From a virus, in IMG/VR virus record IMGVR_UViG_3300006310_000001: a stretch of DNA of 64,000 nucleotides; one strand, given 5' to 3'. This document shows positions 27,182 to 35,210 of the stretch, one piece after another (position 1 is the first letter of the stretch; each line of letters begins with the position of its first letter). The position numbers and the translations under genes are program-made. A model generated the notes under the pieces. The model had not been told where the DNA came from. It saw only the letters and a list, made by a program, of their open reading frames with translations, and searched no databases.

Positions 27182-28377
27182 TACTTTTTAAACTTTGTTG
27201 CCTCTTCTGAACCGCCTGTTGCTGTTCCTTTTGTATAAGAATGAGCACCCATACCTGCAAGGTCTCCATCTTTAACAATTAAATATTGATTTCTTATTTC
27301 TGTTCCATCAAATAAACACTCTAGTATTTCTCTTACACCAGCAGCATATCTTGTTTGTGCTGATAGTGAAGTACCTGAAGTGTGTGGTGTCATACCGTGG
27401 TTAGGCATTGTTCTCCATACGTGGTCATTAGGTGCTGGTTGTGGAAACCATACATCACCTGCATAACCGCTTAATTGTCCTGACTCTAATCCTCTAGCAA
27501 CAGCATCCTTATCACAAATTTTTCCTCTTGCTGTATTAATTATGTACGCACCTTTTTTGCACTTACTAATTAAATCATCATTAAACATATGTTCAGTTTC
27601 AGGATGTAAAGGACAACTTATATTAATCACATCACATACTGCAACTAACTCCTCAACTGAATTGTGATATATTAAATTTAATTCTTTCTCTTTATCTTCT
27701 GGCAATCTATGCTTATCAAAGTAATGTAGGTGTACATCAAATGGTTTCATCTTTCTTAACATATCATAACCTATACGTCCAGCAGCAATTGTACCTATAT
27801 GCATACCTTCTACGTCATAAGAACGTTTAACTGCGTCAGCTATATGCCAACCACCTTCGTTAACTATTCTATGTTGATTATGATAATCTCTAACTAGTGC
27901 TAGTATCATCATAACAATATGTTCTGCAACACTTCTACTATTACAATAAGTTACTTCAACTACATCAACTTTATGATCCATAGCCGCTTGTAAATCTACG
28001 TGGTCTGAACCAATACCTGCTGTAATTGCCATCTTTAAATTTGGAGCACTCTCTATTCTTTTTCTATTTAAATAGTACGGCCAGAATGGTTGTGATATGA
28101 CTACATCTGCGTCAACTAGTTCTTTATCTGCAACGCAACCATCTGCGTCTTTATCAGAAGTAACTACTAACGTATGTCCTGCGTCTTCTAAAAACTTTCT
28201 TAATCCTAATTCACCTGACACACATCCTAATAAATCACCTGGTCTAAAATCAATACCCTTTGGTGTAGGTAGTGTCATTCCATCTGGATACTTTTCTAAT
28301 TTTGGTAAGTCTTTGACTGGATATGATTTTGGCATTCCATCTTTAGGGTCGTCATATAATATACATAATATTTTCAT
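27181..28377 (-). CDS. fdh: NAD-dependent formate dehydrogenase (metal-independent)
   Basis: LGCVSGELGLRKFLE, SQPFWP, TAGIGSDHVD, AAGRIG, YFDKHR, NTARG, VWFPQPAP, PHTSG, GAHSY. Confidence 0.95.
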   Translation of the reverse strand: MKILCILYDDPKDGMPKSYPVKDLPKLEKYPDGMTLPTPKGIDFRPGDLLGCVSGELGLRKFLEDAGHTLVVTSDKDADGCVADKELVDADVVISQPFWPYYLNRKRIESAPNLKMAITAGIGSDHVDLQAAMDHKVDVVEVTYCNSRSVAEHIVMMILALVRDYHNQHRIVNEGGWHIADAVKRSYDVEGMHIGTIAAGRIGYDMLRKMKPFDVHLHYFDKHRLPEDKEKELNLIYHNSVEELVAVCDVINISCPLHPETEHMFNDDLISKCKKGAYIINTARGKICDKDAVARGLESGQLSGYAGDVWFPQPAPNDHVWRTMPNHGMTPHTSGTSLSAQTRYAAGVREILECLFDGTEIRNQYLIVKDGDLAGMGAHSYTKGTATGGSEEATKFKK

Positions 28378-28380
28378 TAT

Positions 28381-28557
28381 CTATTTTCCTCTATTAATTG
28401 TTCTCTTAACTAAATCAACAGTACTTTTACTAATATCTTTAGTCCTTGTTAATAAACCACTACCTAGCTTTTCTATTGTTGCTCTAGTTTTTATCGTTGT
28501 TTGTTTATATTTTCCTGTTTTTGGATCATACTTTTGCTGTAAAAATTGCATTACCAT
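28381..28557 (-). CDS. 58-aa basic protein
   Basis: Not in track; MVMQFLQQKYDPKTGKYK...; TAATG-coupled upstream. Confidence 0.55.
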   Translation of the reverse strand: MVMQFLQQKYDPKTGKYKQTTIKTRATIEKLGSGLLTRTKDISKSTVDLVKRTINRGK

Positions 28558-28928
28558 TATTCCTTCTCCTTTTCTTTTTTCTTATCATCTGGTTCATAAT
28601 ATTCTTTATATTGGTCAAGTAAATCATTAGTGTGTTTCAAGTGTGCTCTTATTTGAGCAAAGTTTTTTGCAATTAATTGAAAGTCCTTATCACTCAATCC
28701 AAATAGTACTGGATCAAGTCCTTGTTCTTCCATCTTTTGGAATACTTCTTCTGCATTGTCAGAAGTAATTATAATCCACCTCAACTTTTCAAGTTCAGGC
28801 ATAGTAGGTTTAACTAAATCTAATTTCTGTCTAGGTTCTTCTAACTTAAATATTTTAAGTTGTTTCTCACCAATTGAACAACCAGTAAGTATTAGAACAG
28901 CAATGATACTAATTATTATACGGTACAT
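28557..28928 (-). CDS. lipoprotein, putative o-spanin
   Basis: Start moved to MYRIII; lipobox LTGC; overlaps 3' end of i-spanin-like gene. Confidence 0.6.
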   Translation of the reverse strand: MYRIIISIIAVLILTGCSIGEKQLKIFKLEEPRQKLDLVKPTMPELEKLRWIIITSDNAEEVFQKMEEQGLDPVLFGLSDKDFQLIAKNFAQIRAHLKHTNDLLDQYKEYYEPDDKKKEKEKE

Positions 28929-29385
28929 AATTTGGGTTGGCAATGCTTGGACATTCCCTATTAATTTCTGATTTTTTAGTTGCGTTAATTTCTTTTTCGG
29001 TAAGTGGTGAACCACCTGCTATCTCTACACAACGGATTGCTTTATCACTAGCACCGTTAATAATTCTTTGTATAGTTTCTGTTTTTTCTATGGCGAGTTT
29101 ACCAAAGTCACGACCTTTTTTATTAAATCTTTTATCTAAATCATCTAAATCTTTTTTAAGAGCTGAAACAAGTTCGTTCATCTTGTTGTTTGCTTTTAAA
29201 ATTTCTTTAAAGTCTTCTTGTTGCTTAGCAATGAGTTCCTTTTGAGAACTCACTGCTTCTTCCAATTTGATTTGATTCGCTTTTAAAATGGCATTATCGG
29301 ATCGTAACTTCATTACATACATACCTGCACCTGCAAGTCCTGTAATCATCACAACTACCATCGCCATTTTTAAATAACCAAACAT
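28909..29385 (-). CDS. putative i-spanin
   Basis: N-terminal TM, long coiled coil, C-terminal Cys pair. Confidence 0.6.
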   Translation of the reverse strand: MFGYLKMAMVVVMITGLAGAGMYVMKLRSDNAILKANQIKLEEAVSSQKELIAKQQEDFKEILKANNKMNELVSALKKDLDDLDKRFNKKGRDFGKLAIEKTETIQRIINGASDKAIRCVEIAGGSPLTEKEINATKKSEINRECPSIANPNYVPYNN

Positions 29386-29391
29386 AACTTT

Positions 29392-29550
29392 CTAGTCTTT
29401 CTTTAGAACTGCCCAAGCTCCGTAAGCAATTGCCGCCCAAGCAGCAATTTTAGCAACTGGACTGAAAAACAAAACTACAACGCCTAATCCTATTAATACT
29501 CCACCGTGTAGTGATGTTAGTTCTTTTAGTCTTCCTGTTATAAAACCCAT
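29392..29550 (-). CDS. 52-aa two-TM protein, holin candidate
   Basis: Not in track; good RBS; two hydrophobic helices and charged tail KKD. Confidence 0.6.
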   Translation of the reverse strand: MGFITGRLKELTSLHGGVLIGLGVVVLFFSPVAKIAAWAAIAYGAWAVLKKD

Positions 29551-29565
29551 ATTGGTTCTCCTTTT

Positions 29566-30147
29566 TTATTTTATCTTGGCACCAACTTTTCGGTGCTTAT
29601 TCCAAGCCAAAAAACCACCTAGTCTTAAAGAATAATATGCTAGATAGTTCATAAGATAGAATCCATTTACTCCGATATTAATATCTCTAAAGATTTCATC
29701 TGCTCTTTTTTGAGATATAACACCAAGGGTATCTGCCTTATTTATTTTTAATAGTGTTTGATATTTATAAGCATAATCGTGTACCAAACCACCCATTAAA
29801 AGTACTCCTACTGGTGATAAAAATGTATGCAAGAATTTTGGTATACTTGCACCGTCAAATTTAAATCCAGCTGGTATCGTATATTTTATATCGTTTAATT
29901 CGTATTCAAAATCTTCTGCAATTTCCCAATTTCTTGTAGTGAGTATCCACAAAAGAATTCCTTTAAAAAAACCTTTGCCTTTTGTTCTTATTGGCAACGC
30001 TCTCATAACTGGCATTTTATTATATGTAAAGTTATGACATTTAGGTTTCTTCTTATCAAATAAATTGATAATTAATCCTGCTATAATAACTAAAATTACT
30101 ATTGTCCACATCCAAAACTTCATTGCTAAACTTATTATTAGTTCCAT
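29566..30147 (-). CDS. DUF1353-like protein with N-terminal TM
   Basis: IPAGFKFDGASIP, LVHDYAY, RADEIF. Confidence 0.8.
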   Translation of the reverse strand: MELIISLAMKFWMWTIVILVIIAGLIINLFDKKKPKCHNFTYNKMPVMRALPIRTKGKGFFKGILLWILTTRNWEIAEDFEYELNDIKYTIPAGFKFDGASIPKFLHTFLSPVGVLLMGGLVHDYAYKYQTLLKINKADTLGVISQKRADEIFRDINIGVNGFYLMNYLAYYSLRLGGFLAWNKHRKVGAKIK

Positions 30148-30148
30148 A

Positions 30149-30442
30149 TTATTTCTTTCTAGTTTTTATACTAGACGTTGGTTGTGCTCCTCTTACGTGA
30201 ACCATACCGCCCATAGTATTTTCTTTCTTTTTATTTCTTGGTTCTACTTTTGGATCAGCAGACAAAAAAGGTCTTTGATTTACTGCTGTTGTATAAGCAG
30301 CGTGTAATCCAACACCTCTAACATTTTTTCCACCTGCTCTTTTTTTAGGTGGTGTATCACCTAAACTTGCTATAGGTTGTGTATTTGAATAGTTTCCTAT
30401 TCTAACACCTGTTGTACCTATAAATTCTTTAAAACTTTTCAT
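30149..30442 (-). CDS. small basic putative internal head protein
   Basis: N-terminus MKSFKEFIGTT resembles T4 IPI MKTFKEFTSTT. Confidence 0.6.
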   Translation of the reverse strand: MKSFKEFIGTTGVRIGNYSNTQPIASLGDTPPKKRAGGKNVRGVGLHAAYTTAVNQRPFLSADPKVEPRNKKKENTMGGMVHVRGAQPTSSIKTRKK

Positions 30443-30765
30443 ACTCTTGCTTTTTCTTTAATAGTTTTTTTTCTTTTAGGTGTTTCAATTTTAATTTCTT
30501 CTTTCACAACTCCACTTATTTCATCAATCTTATTTTCAAGTTTATTTAACACTTTATAAACACCTTTCAATACAACATTGTTATTGTCTTCACTCTCTTG
30601 TACTTTTCTTTTTAAAGTACCCATAACTCTTTTCTTACCAGTTGGATTCATATCTACACCACCGTGTGCTACTGCATTTGCTGGTGCGTCTTCTTTTTTT
30701 TCTTTATCATCAATCTTGTTGATGAGTTCGTCCATCATATCTTTATAATGTTTTGGCATACTCAT
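30439..30765 (-). CDS. putative virion protein (EDAPAN module)
   Basis: Late block; KEDAPANAVAHGGVDMNP. Confidence 0.6.
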   Translation of the reverse strand: MSMPKHYKDMMDELINKIDDKEKKEDAPANAVAHGGVDMNPTGKKRVMGTLKRKVQESEDNNNVVLKGVYKVLNKLENKIDEISGVVKEEIKIETPKRKKTIKEKARV

Positions 30766-31222
30766 ACTCCGATACTAGTTTATTATTTTGTTCATATATA
30801 CCTACACCTAGACAAGTCATTACTGGTTCATCTTCTATGTCTGGTATATCTCTTACTTCATTTAACATAGTTTCATACTGGTTAGTTTCTTTTAAATATG
30901 AAACTACACCTGCTTCTATTGCGTCTTTGTGTACCATTAACTGTTTATCTTCTCTCAATATCATTGCCATAGCACCAAAAAAAGAACCAAACCTACTACC
31001 TAATCCTACTTTTGCAAATAATCTTTTCATATTAAAAACAAACCTATGTAAATAAGTATATGCTTTTTTATCTTTACTTGCTTGCAATGTCTTATTAGGT
31101 CTTAATACTTTACCTTTCTTATCAATGATACCTTGTTTAAATGCTTCTTGCTTCTCCCAAGGTGTTATCAATAGTTTAACTACTCGGTAAGTTATTAACA
31201 TATCTATTGCTCTACTTGCCAT
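30743..31222 (-). CDS. T4-like phage hypothetical protein
   Basis: KLLITPWEKQEAFKQGIIDKKG, HRFVFNMKRL; family recalled from T4-like phages. Confidence 0.7.
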   Translation of the reverse strand: MASRAIDMLITYRVVKLLITPWEKQEAFKQGIIDKKGKVLRPNKTLQASKDKKAYTYLHRFVFNMKRLFAKVGLGSRFGSFFGAMAMILREDKQLMVHKDAIEAGVVSYLKETNQYETMLNEVRDIPDIEDEPVMTCLGVGIYEQNNKLVSEYEYAKTL

Positions 31223-31584
31223 TACAGTTCCTTTAACATTTGTTTTATCTTTTCATCTTCGTCTACATCAGGCATTTCGTGTTCATAAAGTAATTTAAGA
31301 TAGCTCAATACCGTTTTCATTACTGACCAATATTCTCTATCTATCTTAAACAATAACAAAGTTATTGCTACGTCTGCACCAAAAACATTTTGTAATACTA
31401 CAATGTGATTAATAATTAATCTTATTTTAACATCACCTGTAGTTTTATACTTACGAAATAACCTTTTAAGATATTTAAATCGTTTTATATCTTCCAAAAA
31501 CTCTACATTATCTTCCAATGTAGGATTGCTATAATTTTTCTGAGCAAATAGCAACCAATTATCTCTGGTTATTTCCTCAAACAT
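31222..31584 (-). CDS. T4-like phage hypothetical protein
   Basis: NYSNP...EFLEDIKRFKYLKRL...RLIINHIVVLQNVFG. Confidence 0.7.
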   Translation of the reverse strand: MFEEITRDNWLLFAQKNYSNPTLEDNVEFLEDIKRFKYLKRLFRKYKTTGDVKIRLIINHIVVLQNVFGADVAITLLLFKIDREYWSVMKTVLSYLKLLYEHEMPDVDEDEKIKQMLKEL

Positions 31585-31589
31585 CTGAC

Positions 31590-32015
31590 CTACACCAATT
31601 TAGCGTAGACCTTTGATGTTCCGTTTTTCAAAGTTTCATAATTAACTTCTAAATTTAGACCGCCAGATTTTTTGTGTGATATACCATCATCATTTAAATC
31701 AGAACCATCTGTATCTTTTCCAAACCTTCCACCAAATTGACTAACTTTCGCACTAACTTTTCCAGATGTTCCTTCCATATTAACTGGTGATACTGTTAAA
31801 CCAATTCGGTTTAGTTTTTCTCTCAAACTATCTACCGCTTGTTGTGGTTTAAGGTATTCCATATCTCCTATAGAACCTACAAAAGCATTAACTCTATTTA
31901 ATACTTCTGGATCGGAAACGTTATGAGCGCCTAAATTACCATCTTCAACAGCATTAGATGTAGCTGTGCCAACCATCTTGCCGTCTTCTGTTATGTGTTG
32001 TTTAAACGTTTTCAT
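31590..32015 (-). CDS. putative internal head protein
   Basis: N-terminus MKTFKQHITE|D. Confidence 0.65.
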   Translation of the reverse strand: MKTFKQHITEDGKMVGTATSNAVEDGNLGAHNVSDPEVLNRVNAFVGSIGDMEYLKPQQAVDSLREKLNRIGLTVSPVNMEGTSGKVSAKVSQFGGRFGKDTDGSDLNDDGISHKKSGGLNLEVNYETLKNGTSKVYAKLV

Positions 32016-32130
32016 TTTTTTCTTTTCCCTTTTCTTTTGCTGTGTCCTCTTTAGGACAATCAGCTATTACTTCTTCCTCAAAATCGTCCAAGTCTTTATC
32101 TTCATTAAAAATCTTAAACTTTTTTAACAT
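32002..32130 (-). CDS. 42-aa acidic microprotein (MLKKFKIFNEDKDLDDFEEE...)
   Basis: Not in track; overlaps both neighbours. Confidence 0.5.
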   Translation of the reverse strand: MLKKFKIFNEDKDLDDFEEEVIADCPKEDTAKEKGKEKNENV

Positions 32131-32326
32131 CTTCTGTTTTAACTGGATTATCTCCAGTCATTCCTATTAACTTATTAACTTGTTGAATAGCGCCATTGAT
32201 TGCATTTAAATTTGCTTTCATCTGACCCAAATCAATTTCAACTTGTTTTATATTTTTTGCCAACTTATCAAAATCTACTTGTAGACCTTGTTTTTCTTCG
32301 TTAAGTTGCCCAATACTTATAGTCAT
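32114..32326 (-). CDS. small coiled-coil protein
   Basis: Heptad pattern; RBS AAGGAG. Confidence 0.7.
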   Translation of the reverse strand: MTISIGQLNEEKQGLQVDFDKLAKNIKQVEIDLGQMKANLNAINGAIQQVNKLIGMTGDNPVKTEDVKKV

Positions 32327-32348
32327 AATTATCTCCTTATATTATATA

Positions 32349-32810
32349 TTATGCAACTGCGTATCCGAAACCTGCAATTACGTTCCAATTTGAATTTTTA
32401 AATAATAAAGTAACTGTTTCACCTGACGCATTTAAAGCGATGTTTGTTCCACCTCTTAAATTTGTTGGTGTTATAGTTATTACGTTAGTACCTGCTGTTG
32501 ATGTATTAATAACAGTTTTAACTTGACCGCTTGAGCCATCTGCTAATGATACTGCACCTGTTCCAGTAGTTGCGTTAACTTCTGTTACTGCACTTTCTAC
32601 ATCTGCTACTAATGGATCAACTCCATTTGCTGTTAATGTTTGGGATGCTTGAGCAAGACCTAAAAACGTTGGTACGTTATTAAATACATTTGCTGCTGAT
32701 ACTTTTTTGTTTATCGGTGTGCCTGATGGATCATCTATTACGTGAAACAGGTCTACACTTGCTATTGCGTTACCTAAATCGGTAAGCTGGGTGACTTTTT
32801 TATCTGCCAT
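32349..32810 (-). CDS. putative virion structural protein
   Basis: MADKKVTQL start, beta-rich Thr/Gly/Ala composition, late promoter upstream. Confidence 0.65.
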   Translation of the reverse strand: MADKKVTQLTDLGNAIASVDLFHVIDDPSGTPINKKVSAANVFNNVPTFLGLAQASQTLTANGVDPLVADVESAVTEVNATTGTGAVSLADGSSGQVKTVINTSTAGTNVITITPTNLRGGTNIALNASGETVTLLFKNSNWNVIAGFGYAVA

Positions 32811-32870
32811 TTGTTTCTCCTATTAACCCTTTCGGGAATGCTACTGTAGGTAATTCCTACATCATAATAT

Positions 32871-32878
32871 TATTTATA
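32871..32878 (-). promoter_or_regulatory. T4-type late promoter TATAAATA
   Basis: Exact consensus, intergenic. Confidence 0.75.
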
Positions 32879-32879
32879 A

Positions 32880-32901
32880 GGGCAACCCTAGAGGATTGCC
32901 C
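32880..32901 (-). terminator. terminator-like hairpin
   Basis: GGGCAAUCC-UCUA-GGGUUGCCC, 9 bp with one GU; weak U tract. Confidence 0.55.
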
Positions 32902-32916
32902 CTACGTTATTGATTA

Positions 32917-33207
32917 TTAAGCGTCAGCTGAATTAGTCAATGCAACAAGAGTTTCTTGTGATACACGACCTGCTCTGCCACCTGAACCAGTTGTTTTTAA
33001 ATTCCAACCTGCGTGAGCTACTTTTCCATCTGATACTTCACTATCTTTGTAATTAAACAATCCGATAGTAACACCTGTGATGAAATTGTCAGCAGTTGCG
33101 TCATTAAAAAGGTTCGTACGGTGAACACTAGTAAACGGCAATCTAATTGCCGCTACTGCCCATAAGGGTGCTCCAGCCGCTTCGTCTTTATTAGTGTGAC
33201 TTGACAT
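32917..33207 (-). CDS. T4-like virion structural protein
   Basis: HAGW...GSGGRAGRV..ETLVA motif; late promoter. Confidence 0.65.
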   Translation of the reverse strand: MSSHTNKDEAAGAPLWAVAAIRLPFTSVHRTNLFNDATADNFITGVTIGLFNYKDSEVSDGKVAHAGWNLKTTGSGGRAGRVSQETLVALTNSADA

Positions 33208-33263
33208 ATTATTCTCTCCTTTAATATTTTATGTTAAAGTACTCAATTCTTAATATATGTGTA

Positions 33264-33271
33264 TATTTATA
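33264..33271 (-). promoter_or_regulatory. T4-type late promoter TATAAATA
   Basis: Exact consensus, intergenic. Confidence 0.75.
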
Positions 33272-33284
33272 AGAAAAAGGTGTG

Positions 33285-33779
33285 TTAGAAACCTAATTGT
33301 TTTAGCTGTCTTATTGAATTAGACGCTGAAGTATGATATATTCCTATACCACCACGACTTGTAAATGCATCCGTATTAGGTTTATAATCGTCAACTAATA
33401 CTGCAGGACTTCTGTATCCTGTTTGAGCATAATTTTGTTTCTGACTTCTTAAAACTAAATTAACTCTTGCACCACTTAAACCTAATTGACTTCTGCACCA
33501 TTTACTTTTACCTGGTATACAGTTCGGGTCTATATCACGCTTAACATACGCTGATAATATATCTGGCTTATGTTTTTTGATATAGTTCCACAATTGTTTA
33601 CCATCAGAAATCCAAGGTAATCTTTCCCAAAAAGTTTTATCATTTCTGATTGGGTTCCATTTTTCTTTTTTTGTTAGGGACATCCATTTACTGATAGGGA
33701 CTCCTGTTGCTTTCTCGGCACCTTTTTTAAAGTCTGCCAATACGCCGTCCATATCACAATAGAGTTTAGGAAGAGGCAT
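33285..33779 (-). CDS. HAD-superfamily 5'(3')-nucleotidase-like phosphatase
   Basis: YCDMDGVLADF, ILSA, GKSKW, LVDDYKPN. Confidence 0.85.
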   Translation of the reverse strand: MPLPKLYCDMDGVLADFKKGAEKATGVPISKWMSLTKKEKWNPIRNDKTFWERLPWISDGKQLWNYIKKHKPDILSAYVKRDIDPNCIPGKSKWCRSQLGLSGARVNLVLRSQKQNYAQTGYRSPAVLVDDYKPNTDAFTSRGGIGIYHTSASNSIRQLKQLGF

Positions 33780-33796
33780 AATCTGAATTGCCTCCT

Positions 33797-35206
33797 TTAA
33801 TTAGTATAACTTATCTCTGGATCAGTTTCAATTTTTGAAGCAGGGTTACCAGTCATAGTTCTACCTTTGGTAGGTTCATCTTTCTTTTTAGCAAGTTTTG
33901 CTTTTTCTGCTTTTTCTTTAAGTCTTGCTCTTAAAGTTTCATATTTTAGTTTGTAAGGACTTACTGCTTCTTTTTTAACTTCGTCTTTGTCTTCTTTGTC
34001 TTCTTTTTTTTCTGCTTTATCTCTTAAAAGTTTTTGTGCTAGTCCAACTGTTAAAGGAACTTCTCCTGTTTCTTTATCTGCAACAGGTTTAATTACTTTA
34101 TTTTTTTCATTTTCTAATTTTGCTTTTAATATATTTACTTGACCTTGCAACGTTAAAATTTGTTTCTCTTGTGCTGCTGGGTCTTTAGCACTTGGTCCAT
34201 CTTTACTATCTTTAGAATCCCTTGTTGCTCTTATCTTTGCAATCTTTACACCTGGTTTATTATCTTTTGCAATAGGTGGAATTTTGCTTTCATTTCTTGT
34301 AGGTAACAGTACAGAATCTCCTCTTGTTGCTGTTTCATTAGCTGCTTTATTCCAAATATTTCTAATAGTATTTTCTAAATTTACTGATGGTTCTGGTTTA
34401 TCACTACCAATAACATCTTTCTTTGGTTCTTTTTTATCTTCTGTAGTAGATACATTTGCTGTACTAAACTTAACTTCTTTTTTCTTATCAGCCATTTTAG
34501 ATACTTCTCCAGCGTCAATCGTTTCTTGCATATCTTCTGTAGGTCTTTGTGATTCTACACCTGATATTGCAAAAGGTGTATCTGTATCATATCCTTCTGC
34601 AAGTTTCCATCCTTTTGCTAAATATTCTTTTTCTTTAGTCTTATCTATTACGATAGTCTTGCCGTGTTTAGAAACCATTGTTTCTTTTTTAGGGTCTTTA
34701 AGTTGTCTTGGTAATTCTTCTTCTATATCTTTGCCTTTAGGTTCTTTCTCACTAACTCTATAACCAAATCTATATTTTTTCCTAACACCACTTGAAGCAG
34801 TACCTCTTCTTGAAGATGAATTAGCTCCACCTGGCATTGCTTCTGAAACAGTTTCTTCCGACATTGCTTCTTGTCTTGCTAAATTCTTGTCGTTTGCTAA
34901 ATGAGGTTTGATTCTATTGCCATTATATGCTCTTTTATTTTCAGGTATCTTTTCTACTTTACCACCTTTGTCAATAAAGTCTTTCATCAACTGCTCATCA
35001 GCGTGTTTTCCTGTAGAAGGTTTCCATTCTTCTTCTACTTTATTAAAAAATGCTATCTTTTCTTTAGGTGTCATTGAACCAATACCACCCATAGTATTTT
35101 TTAATGCTTCAGCGAATTTCTTTTTATAACCTTCTTGTTTATACTTCGCTTGATGTTTATATACCACATCCTCAATACTGCCTGGTTTTTGTTTTAAATA
35201 TGCCAT
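33797..35206 (-). CDS. large charged putative head protein (469 aa)
   Basis: Start moved to MAYLKQ just downstream of GATAAATA; many (V/L/I)xE sites. Confidence 0.7.
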   Translation of the reverse strand: MAYLKQKPGSIEDVVYKHQAKYKQEGYKKKFAEALKNTMGGIGSMTPKEKIAFFNKVEEEWKPSTGKHADEQLMKDFIDKGGKVEKIPENKRAYNGNRIKPHLANDKNLARQEAMSEETVSEAMPGGANSSSRRGTASSGVRKKYRFGYRVSEKEPKGKDIEEELPRQLKDPKKETMVSKHGKTIVIDKTKEKEYLAKGWKLAEGYDTDTPFAISGVESQRPTEDMQETIDAGEVSKMADKKKEVKFSTANVSTTEDKKEPKKDVIGSDKPEPSVNLENTIRNIWNKAANETATRGDSVLLPTRNESKIPPIAKDNKPGVKIAKIRATRDSKDSKDGPSAKDPAAQEKQILTLQGQVNILKAKLENEKNKVIKPVADKETGEVPLTVGLAQKLLRDKAEKKEDKEDKDEVKKEAVSPYKLKYETLRARLKEKAEKAKLAKKKDEPTKGRTMTGNPASKIETDPEISYTN

Positions 35207-35210
35207 AATA

